A stretch of DNA of 64,000 bases from Holophaga sp. (GCA_035353395.1 DAOPZL010000009.1:5687-69686), one strand, 5' to 3'. Shown: positions 29,213 through 37,083, counted from the stretch's first letter. The notes: a model not told the origin generated them from the sequence alone. Program-made: numbers and translations.

Positions 29213-29770
29213 TCAGAGCAGCTCGGCGCCCTTGACGACCTTCGCGTAGGAGCCCGACAGGGCCGCCAGGAAGGACGCCTGGACGAGGTCCGGGGGGACG
29301 CGGGTCCCCTCGAAGTCCTGCGCGGGCGCCGCGCAGGCGTCGGACGCCACCGTGCACTCGAAGCCCAGGTCGAAGGCGGCCCGGGCCGTGGCGTCGACGC
29401 ACATGTGGGTCATCATGCCCGCCAGCACGAGCCGCTTCGCACCGAGCCCCTGCAGGATCCCGAGGAGGCCGGTCTCCCGGAACGAGTTCGGGAAGTGCTT
29501 GACCACGACGGCCTCACCCTCGGCCGGGCGGACGAGGGCATGGATCTCCGCCCCGGGCGTGTCCGGCAGGAAGAAGGTGGATCCGGGCCGCGTGGCGAGG
29601 TGCTGGACGTGCACGACGGGCTGTTTCCGGCGGCGGAAGGCCTTGAGCAGCCGGGCGGCGGTCTGCGCCGCCGGCGTGCTTCCGGGGACTTCGTAGCGGC
29701 CGCCCGGGAAGTAGTCGTTCTGGATATCGATGAGGACCAGGGCCTCGCGGTTGGCGTCCTGTTCAGGCAT
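29213..29770 (-). CDS. isochorismatase-family cysteine hydrolase (PncA-like)
   Basis: Track ORF 29213..29884 trimmed to ATG 29770 (MPEQDANREALVLIDIQNDYF). The catalytic Cys region is MMTHMCVDATARAA. Confidence 0.85.
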   Translation of the reverse strand: MPEQDANREALVLIDIQNDYFPGGRYEVPGSTPAAQTAARLLKAFRRRKQPVVHVQHLATRPGSTFFLPDTPGAEIHALVRPAEGEAVVVKHFPNSFRETGLLGILQGLGAKRLVLAGMMTHMCVDATARAAFDLGFECTVASDACAAPAQDFEGTRVPPDLVQASFLAALSGSYAKVVKGAELL

Positions 29771-29870
29771 GGGATCTCCTCGGCACCGACCCAGCTTACT
29801 CCGGCCCCGGCCGTCCAGGACTGCATCCGGGACCCTCGCTTCCCTCTTCCCTTCGAGGGCGGAATCTCCT

Positions 29871-29965
29871 AGAATATGATTCAATAATTCAAACCGAATG
29901 ATTTTATCAATCGTTGTTTATATAAATATTTATATAATAAATGTTAAAAAATATACACTAATTAC
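29871..29965 (+). promoter_or_regulatory. extremely AT-rich leader / probable promoter region upstream of vgrG
   Basis: Line 29881-29940 contains only 10 G+C in 60 nt by hand count, against about 40/60 in surrounding coding DNA. It contains many TATAAT-like hexamers. No specific -35/-10 pair can be assigned. Confidence 0.4.
29918..29937. repeat. perfect 20-bp palindrome TTATATAAATATTTATATAA
   Basis: Read directly; the reverse complement equals the forward sequence. It lies about 50 nt upstream of the vgrG start. Confidence 0.9.
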
Positions 29966-29986
29966 TTGATCATGAGGAATCTTGCC

Positions 29987-32671
29987 ATGCCCATCCTGGA
30001 ACCTGCTGCATGGGGCCGCGGTCTGGAGGAACGGTTCCGGTCCTTCCTCACCCAGGACACGCGGCTGGTGGAGCTGCACCCCTCCCTCGATGCCGGGTTC
30101 CCGGACGGCATGCTCCTGGCGCGCCGGGTCACGGGCTGGGAGGCCGTGAACGAGGGCTTCCGCTACGAAGTCGAGGTCCTGTCCCCGGACGCCTTCCTGG
30201 AGCTGAAGGCCCTCGAGGGCATGCCCGTCCAGGTCGCCCTCCTCACCGCCGGCGGCACCCGGCGGGAGATCAACGGCGTGGTCATGGAAGTCCGCAGCGA
30301 GGGTTCGGACGGCGCCCTCGCCGCCTACCGCCTGGTCGTCGAGCCCGTCACCGCCGCTCTGAAGCATGGCCGCACGTCGAGGGTCTACCTGGGACGGACC
30401 GATCTGGAGGTCGCGCGCCAGCTCCTGGACGAGGCCCTCCGGGACAATCCCGTCTTCGCCGCCTGCTTCGGCATCGACAACCGCTGCCGGGGCCGCTTCC
30501 CGGTCCGGGAGTTCATCTTCCAGTGCGGGGAGACCCCCTGGGACTTCATCCGCCGTCGTCTCGCCGGGATCGGCGTCTCCTTCGTCTTCGCCCCCGCGAA
30601 GGATGGTTCACCCGACTTCCCCCAGCACACCCTGGTCCTCTTCGACGACCCCCGGGACCTGGACGGGAACGAGGCGGGGACCGTGCGCTTCCACCGGGCC
30701 GACGGCACGGAGCGGGCCGATTCGATCACGCGGTGGCATGCCCGGCGGACGCTCCAGTGCAGCCGGGTGACGCGCCGGGCCTGGAACCACGCCCAGGGTT
30801 CCTGCAGCACGGCCGCGGAAGAGGTGGGGGCCGACCAAGGGCCGTTCGGGAATGCCCTGGCCAGCACGCTCGAGGACTACCGGCACGAGCCGCCCCTGGA
30901 GCAGGAGGGCCTGGAGGTCCCCGAGGCCCGCGCGGCTGCCGCTTCCCGGGGGAGGAGCCAGCGCACCAAGGCCTTCGAGGGGGAGGGCAGCGTGCGGGAG
31001 TTCCGGGCCGGGACCTGCTTCACCCTGAGTCAGCACCCCGTCCACGACCAGGATCCGCCGGAGAACCGGGAGTTCGTGCTCACGCGGGTGGAACTGGAGG
31101 CCGTGAACAACCTGCCGGAGGGACTGGCGCAGGCCCTCGGCCGCCGGGGGGAGGCGGGAGGCCAAGTCTACCGCAACCGCTTCGAGGGCCTCCGCCGGGG
31201 GATCCCCCTCCTCCCCGAGGAACTCCCCGCGCCCGTTCCGGGCCTCCAGACGGCGACGGTGGTGGGGCCCGGGCAGGAAGCCGTGCACACGGATGCCTGG
31301 GGCCGGATCAAGGTCCGGCTCCACTGCGCCCGTCCCGAGGACCACCCGGAGGCCGGAGCCACCGGCACGGACCGGGACAGCTTCTGGATCCGGGCCGTGC
31401 AGCCCTGGTCGAGCCAGGGCATGGGGGGCACCTTCCTTCCCCGGACGGGGGACGAAGTCCTGCTGGACTTCCTCGGGAACGATCCGGACAGGCCTGTGGT
31501 GGTGGGGGTCCTGCCGGGCGGCACGCGCCCGCCGGGGCGCTTCAGCGACGCGACCTGCCTGCCGGGAGACCGGGCGGTCTCGGGCCTGCGCTCCAGGGTG
31601 CACGGCGGCCTCGCCGGGAGCGAACTGCTGTTCGACGACACCCCAGGGGAGGTCCGGACTCGGCTGGCCAGCGACCATGCCCGCACGGAGCTGAACCTGG
31701 GCTTCAACGTCCATCCCCGGCGGAACGGGGTGGCCGAGCCGCGGGGGGAGGGCGCGGAGCTGAGGACCGACGCCGCCGTGGCCCTTCGGGGCGGACAAGG
31801 GGTGCTGATCAGCGCCGACGCCCGTCCGGGCGCGGGCGGCTCGCAACTCTCGCGCGAGGAGGCCCTGGGGCACCTGGAGGCGGGTCTGGAGCTGGCGAGG
31901 ACTGCCGGGGAACTGGGCGGCCGGCACGGCCTGGAGGGTCTGGAGGACAGCTCCCGGGCGGATCTCCTGGAGTGCGTCCGGGCCTGGGAGCAGGCTCCCG
32001 GATACCCGGGCGGCCGGAGCTCCATCCTGCTCGCCAGCGCCCCCGCCGGGATGGCGCTCGCCTCGGGGGACGGCGCAACGGTGCAGGCCGCGAGCAACCT
32101 GGACCTGGGGGCCATGCGGAACCTCCAGGCGAGTGCGGGCCGGCGGATGCTCTTCCACGCCCTGGAATCCATCGGGCTCTTCGCGCACCGCATGGGCATG
32201 AAGCTCGTCGCCGCCTCCGGCGACATCTCCATCCAGGCCCAGGACGGGAACGCGGAGGTGGTTGCCGCCAAGGCGCTGCGCCTGCTGTCCGTGGGGGGTC
32301 CCCTCGAACTGGACGCCGCGAAGGGAATCGTCCTGCGTTCCGGCGGCGCCTTCCTGGAAATCAAGGACGGAGGTATCCGGGCCGGGGGCACCGCCGGCTG
32401 GTTGGGCCAGTTCGCGAACGTCGCCTGGGCCGGCCCCGCCAACCGGGAAGCGAGGACGCGCTCGTTCACGAAGAGCACCGCGAGGATGGACGAGGCGTTC
32501 GTGCTCATCGATCCCCTGGGTGAGCCCGCCGGGAAGATGCGCTACCGGATCACCCGGGAGGACGGGAGCACGGTGGAGGGTGTGAGCGACGACCAGGGGC
32601 GGACGGAACTCTGCACGGGCGAACTCGCAGGCGCTCTGGAAATCCAGGTGTTCGGACCCGAGGAGGCATGA
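29987..32671 (+). CDS. vgrG: type VI secretion system spike protein VgrG with DUF2345-like region and TTR-like C-terminal tail
   Basis: Track ORF 29966..32671. ATG 29987 is preceded by AGGA at 8 nt; TTG 29966 and ATG 29972 are alternatives. It has a gp27-like N-domain and a gp5 OB-fold signature (AWGRIKVRLHCARPED..FWIRAVQPWSSQGMGGTFLPRTGDEVLLDFLGNDPDRPVVVGVL). Beta-helix repeats, a DUF2345-like segment (LFAHRMGMKLVAASGDISIQAQDGNAEVVAAK) and a 61-aa tail follow. Confidence 0.9.
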   Translation: MPILEPAAWGRGLEERFRSFLTQDTRLVELHPSLDAGFPDGMLLARRVTGWEAVNEGFRYEVEVLSPDAFLELKALEGMPVQVALLTAGGTRREINGVVMEVRSEGSDGALAAYRLVVEPVTAALKHGRTSRVYLGRTDLEVARQLLDEALRDNPVFAACFGIDNRCRGRFPVREFIFQCGETPWDFIRRRLAGIGVSFVFAPAKDGSPDFPQHTLVLFDDPRDLDGNEAGTVRFHRADGTERADSITRWHARRTLQCSRVTRRAWNHAQGSCSTAAEEVGADQGPFGNALASTLEDYRHEPPLEQEGLEVPEARAAAASRGRSQRTKAFEGEGSVREFRAGTCFTLSQHPVHDQDPPENREFVLTRVELEAVNNLPEGLAQALGRRGEAGGQVYRNRFEGLRRGIPLLPEELPAPVPGLQTATVVGPGQEAVHTDAWGRIKVRLHCARPEDHPEAGATGTDRDSFWIRAVQPWSSQGMGGTFLPRTGDEVLLDFLGNDPDRPVVVGVLPGGTRPPGRFSDATCLPGDRAVSGLRSRVHGGLAGSELLFDDTPGEVRTRLASDHARTELNLGFNVHPRRNGVAEPRGEGAELRTDAAVALRGGQGVLISADARPGAGGSQLSREEALGHLEAGLELARTAGELGGRHGLEGLEDSSRADLLECVRAWEQAPGYPGGRSSILLASAPAGMALASGDGATVQAASNLDLGAMRNLQASAGRRMLFHALESIGLFAHRMGMKLVAASGDISIQAQDGNAEVVAAKALRLLSVGGPLELDAAKGIVLRSGGAFLEIKDGGIRAGGTAGWLGQFANVAWAGPANREARTRSFTKSTARMDEAFVLIDPLGEPAGKMRYRITREDGSTVEGVSDDQGRTELCTGELAGALEIQVFGPEEA

Positions 32672-34530
32672 TGACCGTGGATCCGCTGCGTCCGGTGGAC
32701 CGCGAAGTGCAGAAGGACGGCACAGTGAAGGCCAGGTCCGCCCTGAGCCCCGAGTCCTTCAAGACGCGGGCGGAGGTCCTGGTGCCGTCGCGCAAGGTCA
32801 TCCCCGTCATCTTCGTGCCCGGGGTCATGGGATCGAACCTCAAGGTGAAGTCCGGGCGGGAAATCCCCGTGGGAACGGCCTACCGGAAGGCGGGCCAGGA
32901 CTACACCGCCAAGACCTGGACGCCGAACGAGGGCTTGTCCATGCTCACGCGGATGAGTTGCTACCCCCCCGCCCTTCGCCAGGTGATTCTCAACAAGGAC
33001 AATGTCGAGGTGGACGGCGAGGGGATGGTGGACGTGACCGGTCTCCCGCTGTCCGCCCAGGAAGCCAGGGCCAGGGGCTGGGGCGAGGTCATGTGGGAGG
33101 GCGCCTACGGGCAGCTCCTCCGGAGCCTGGAGTGTGATCTGTCGCGCTTCATGTATCCCCCCGGTCCTGGGGCGACCCAGCCGAAACTCAGCAGTTGGTG
33201 GAACGAGATGCATCATGCAGGCCAAGTGATCCCGGGAGATCCCTACGGGAATCGGACTCCCGTCAAGTCACGGATTCCAGCCAGTTTCCGGTTGACCCTG
33301 GAGGACATCAAGAAGGCGGGTGCCTTCCGTTTCCCGGTGCATGCCTGCGGCTACAACTGGCTGCAGTCCAACGCGGACTCGGCCAAGCGGCTCAAGGGGA
33401 AGATCGAGGCTGTCATCAGGAAGTACGCGGAAGCGAAGGGACCGGACGGCAAGCCCGCCTTCGAGTGCCGCCACGTCATCCTCGTGACCCACTCCATGGG
33501 GGGCTTCGTGGCCCGGATGGCCTCGAAGCTCCTGAAGAACGAGGGACATGAGGACAAGATCCTGGGCATCGTGCATGGGGAGATGCCCGCCCTGGGCGCG
33601 CCGGTCATGTACCGCCGCATGGCGTGCGGGTTCGAGTCCGACGGGAGCATCGGAGGTTTGGGTTTTGCCTGCATCGCGGGCTCGACCACTTCCAAAGCCA
33701 ATCCAGTCCTGGCCTTCAGCCCCGCCGCCCTTGAACTGGCCCCGACGCCGGACTACCCCGGCCCGTGGCTGCTTGCGGAGATTGCGGAAAATCAAACCAG
33801 CAGGCATGTGTTAGGACTACCTGCACATGGCGATCCCTATGGAGAGATTTTTTTGGCAAAGGGGAAATGGTATTGCCCAGTGGTTGAATGGATGTTAGAT
33901 CCAGCAAAATTGCACGTTAATAAATTTGGGAAGAATAGTTCTTGGGAAGATTACGTAAAAATCGTAACAGAAGCACAACTGTTTCATTGTGGTGCGAAAG
34001 CAGATTTTAAAAAACAAGATGAAAAGGAACGATTTCTTGGTAATTATTATCATCCCAAAACGTATATACATTATGGAGAAAATGAAAAAATTGATACATT
34101 AAATCATGTTCATTGGAGAGCGGAATTGCTTTATGAAAAACCATTCAATAATGGTGGAGCGAGTCGATTCTACCAATCTGCAAATCTAAAAAATACTAAC
34201 GGAAAAAATATTCGTGGAGTTGAACTGGATGTACTGGAAAGCTGGAGCCTCGGTCAGATAGAAGCGGAAAGGAAGGTGGCAAAAACAAATGGCCACCCTC
34301 TCGTCATCCCGAAAATTGTGCAGGAATTTCGATGTCACCACAAGAATCGCAAGGGGATCAGCAACAGGGGCGACGGAACGGTTCCAGATGTCAGTGGTGC
34401 ATTTCCCAGTCGACACGGAGTAAAGCAGATATACATACTTAGCGGCTTCGATCACCAGGGCGCCTATGAAAACGCAGTGGTCCGCGGGGCCACCTTCTTC
34501 GCCATCGTGGACATGGTGAAGCGGCTGTGA
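32668..34530 (+). CDS. putative T6SS lipase/phospholipase effector (alpha/beta hydrolase, Tle-like)
   Basis: Track ORF of 620 aa. Its start overlaps the vgrG stop (ATGA at 32668-32671). Oxyanion-type start of the fold: VIPVIFVPGVMGSNL. Nucleophile elbow: THSMGG (Ser codon 33493-33495). Candidate Asp in GDGTVPD (34372-34374) and candidate His in GFDHQG (34453-34455). The T6SS role is inferred from context. Confidence 0.65.
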   Translation: MMTVDPLRPVDREVQKDGTVKARSALSPESFKTRAEVLVPSRKVIPVIFVPGVMGSNLKVKSGREIPVGTAYRKAGQDYTAKTWTPNEGLSMLTRMSCYPPALRQVILNKDNVEVDGEGMVDVTGLPLSAQEARARGWGEVMWEGAYGQLLRSLECDLSRFMYPPGPGATQPKLSSWWNEMHHAGQVIPGDPYGNRTPVKSRIPASFRLTLEDIKKAGAFRFPVHACGYNWLQSNADSAKRLKGKIEAVIRKYAEAKGPDGKPAFECRHVILVTHSMGGFVARMASKLLKNEGHEDKILGIVHGEMPALGAPVMYRRMACGFESDGSIGGLGFACIAGSTTSKANPVLAFSPAALELAPTPDYPGPWLLAEIAENQTSRHVLGLPAHGDPYGEIFLAKGKWYCPVVEWMLDPAKLHVNKFGKNSSWEDYVKIVTEAQLFHCGAKADFKKQDEKERFLGNYYHPKTYIHYGENEKIDTLNHVHWRAELLYEKPFNNGGASRFYQSANLKNTNGKNIRGVELDVLESWSLGQIEAERKVAKTNGHPLVIPKIVQEFRCHHKNRKGISNRGDGTVPDVSGAFPSRHGVKQIYILSGFDHQGAYENAVVRGATFFAIVDMVKRL

Positions 34531-34540
34531 GGAGGACCTG

Positions 34541-35974
34541 ATGCGGACGCGGCCCCAGATCGCGAAAATCGTTGCCGTGACCCTGGCCTGCCTGATGGCC
34601 TTCGGCGCGTGGCGGCACCACGAGAGAAACCGGAAACGGGAGTTGCACATGCCCATGAAGACCTACGCCGCAGGGCGTTTCCAGTTGGATATCCCCGAAC
34701 CCTCCACCCTCGCGGGGTGGGGGCGCCAGGACATTCCTATCGGGTCGATAACTGTATTTCCTGAGATCTCCAAGCGAAAATTCCAGAAAATGATTGTTGA
34801 TGATCGCGTCGCCAGCCTGAAGAACGTCACGAGAAAATTCGGGAAACTTCTCAGTGAAACATCAACCGATATGGTCGATGTGGGTGAGGGAACCCTTCTG
34901 GAGAAGTACGTTCATGACCAGGTGCCAAATTCATCACATGTGTTGTTCTGGGGAGAGGATGGATTCAAAGGAGAAGGATGCAAACGTGAAACCTATTACT
35001 GGATTGAGACTCCAGGCAACTTCTCTCAAGAAGGTGTGGGTTATCGTTTCGAGGGTGGCATCTGGGTGGATGCAGGGAAACAACAAACCGCACTGAGAGA
35101 AATATCCGATTATCTCTCTCGCATTCGTCCAAGAAGGGATGACGAGGTTCCCCAGGAGCCTGGGTATTGTTTTCAACACGCATTCCTCGCGGGGGATGTA
35201 CCCTCCCCGTCAGACGAATGTTTCGAAGCCATCGCTGCCGAATGGCGCTTGGCGCATCACCCGGACGTGGTGATCAGCCTCTACACCCAGGGGGCGCCGA
35301 CCGTGAAGCCGGAAGGCCTCATCGCCCGGCACCGGGGGGCCATGCCGGAGGTCCTCGCCCGGTTCATCCGCGGAGTCCGGAGCCGGAAACGCACCCTCGG
35401 CGAATATGCCGGGGAGGAGATCGTCGTCAGGACCAAGGAAAAGAACGGCACATCCGGCTGCAACGCCATGTGGGAATTCGAAGGGGGCGACGAGAGGGAC
35501 CTGACTCGGCCCTACATCATGGTGCAGATGTTCTCCGGCAGCGGGGACAAGGAGCCCGTGGAGAGCAGTCTCTCGGAGGCGGAATTCCTGGCCATGTGGG
35601 ACGCGGTCCTGGAATCCTTCCGCTGGCGGGGCCCGAAGCCGGGGACGGGCTCTCCGGTTTCCGAGATGCCCCCGGCAGCAGCTCCCAGGCCCCGATCCGC
35701 CCTGGGAACCCGCATCCGTTCAGGCGAGCGATGTCCGGAGGCGGGCACCTGGACCTGTGCCCACGGGGAGAATCTCGGGGGCGCGAAACGCGTGTTCCGG
35801 GAAGGGGAGGAACTGCCCGCGGCGGTCCTGGATGTCCGGCGCGGCTGGTTCGGCACGCTGATGGGACGCCCCGCGGAAACCGTGGTGGACACCGTCTGGA
35901 CCCTCGCGGGCTATCCGGAAGGCACCCCGCTCTGCGATCAGAGCGCTATGGGGTCCCCAGCAGCCCCTTCGTGA
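34541..35974 (+). CDS. putative cognate immunity protein (Tli4-like), signal-anchored or secreted
   Basis: Track ORF of 477 aa starting 10 nt after the effector stop. It has an N-terminal hydrophobic segment (IAKIVAVTLACLMAFGAW). Motifs I associate with the Tli4 family: GRFQLDIP near the N-terminus, PGYCF in the middle, and LAMWDAVLESFRWR near the end of the core. An extra ~100-aa Cys-containing tail follows. Confidence 0.6.
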   Translation: MRTRPQIAKIVAVTLACLMAFGAWRHHERNRKRELHMPMKTYAAGRFQLDIPEPSTLAGWGRQDIPIGSITVFPEISKRKFQKMIVDDRVASLKNVTRKFGKLLSETSTDMVDVGEGTLLEKYVHDQVPNSSHVLFWGEDGFKGEGCKRETYYWIETPGNFSQEGVGYRFEGGIWVDAGKQQTALREISDYLSRIRPRRDDEVPQEPGYCFQHAFLAGDVPSPSDECFEAIAAEWRLAHHPDVVISLYTQGAPTVKPEGLIARHRGAMPEVLARFIRGVRSRKRTLGEYAGEEIVVRTKEKNGTSGCNAMWEFEGGDERDLTRPYIMVQMFSGSGDKEPVESSLSEAEFLAMWDAVLESFRWRGPKPGTGSPVSEMPPAAAPRPRSALGTRIRSGERCPEAGTWTCAHGENLGGAKRVFREGEELPAAVLDVRRGWFGTLMGRPAETVVDTVWTLAGYPEGTPLCDQSAMGSPAAPS

Positions 35975-37079
35975 GGTGGGAGATGGCTCTCTGGGCCACC
36001 TCGGAATAGCGGCTCTCGCCTGAGAGGAGGCGCGCCATGTGCTGGACCGCGCCGGGACGCTGGACGCCCAGGCGGTAGGCCGCCGCGGGCACGCGGAAGA
36101 AGATCCGGGCCAGGCGACGGGCCCAGATCATTTCCGTTCCCAGGCGTTCGTGGATCCGCCGGGTGTAGTCCTCGAGGGAAGGATCCTTCCGGGAGAGCGC
36201 GGCATGCACGCTCTCGGCGGCGATCCGCCCCGAGAGCACCGAGGGGCGGATGCCTTCGGCCGTGAAAGGGTCCACCAGGCAGGCGGTCTCGCCCGCCAGG
36301 AGCGCCTGCTGGGTATGGAGCGTCTGGTCTCCGTCCCAGAGCTTGATGGGGTGGCCTGCCGGACGCATGTGGTCGGGATCGAGCTGCAAGCCCCGGCAGT
36401 AGGCCCCGAAGGATGCCCGGAGGTTTCCACCCCCCTTCCCGCGGAAGACGCCGCAGCCCACGGACCAGCCGTCGGCCTTGGGGAAGGCCCACTGGTAGCC
36501 GTTCGGGACGGAACCGAAATCCACGTGCGCCGTGCGGACATCGGTCATCGGGCAGAGGGCCTCGCCCTCCAGGGCGACCGCCAGGGTATGTTTCAGCCGG
36601 GAGAACCCGAGGGCCTTCGCGGTCCTCCCGAGGGCCCCGTCCGCGCCGATGAGGAAGCGGCCCGCCGCGGGGCCCGAGGGCGTATCCACGGTCCAGTGGC
36701 CGGACTCCCAGCGGCAGGCCGTCGCTTCCGTGGCATCGCGCAGCTCGGCGCCCTGGGACACCGCCTGGTCCACGAGCAGCTGGTCGAACACCTCCCGGCG
36801 GACCATCCAGAGGGTCGTCGTGGGTCCGAGGTCCGCCTCGACGGGGGTTGCCATCTCCCAGGTGAGGCGGAGGCGTGAAATCGAGGTGGAGACGGCGGGC
36901 GCGAGATCGAAGGGGAGCCACCGCGCGACCTCGGGCGAGACGCCGCCTCCGCAGGGTTTCATGCGGGGGAGCTTGGCCTTCTCCAGCAGCAGGACCTTCC
37001 TTCCCATGTGGGCCAGGTGGTAGGCGGCGGTGGCGCCTGCAGGGCCCGCGCCGATCACGATGCTGTCGTAGCTGTCCAT
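35946..37079 (-). CDS. geranylgeranyl-reductase-family FAD-dependent oxidoreductase
   Basis: Track ORF of 377 aa. Dinucleotide-binding N-terminus: YDSIVIGAGPAGATAAYHLAHMGRKVLLLEK, then KPCGGGVS. Confidence 0.85.
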   Translation of the reverse strand: MDSYDSIVIGAGPAGATAAYHLAHMGRKVLLLEKAKLPRMKPCGGGVSPEVARWLPFDLAPAVSTSISRLRLTWEMATPVEADLGPTTTLWMVRREVFDQLLVDQAVSQGAELRDATEATACRWESGHWTVDTPSGPAAGRFLIGADGALGRTAKALGFSRLKHTLAVALEGEALCPMTDVRTAHVDFGSVPNGYQWAFPKADGWSVGCGVFRGKGGGNLRASFGAYCRGLQLDPDHMRPAGHPIKLWDGDQTLHTQQALLAGETACLVDPFTAEGIRPSVLSGRIAAESVHAALSRKDPSLEDYTRRIHERLGTEMIWARRLARIFFRVPAAAYRLGVQRPGAVQHMARLLSGESRYSEVAQRAISHLTKGLLGTP

Positions 37080-37083
37080 CGCT

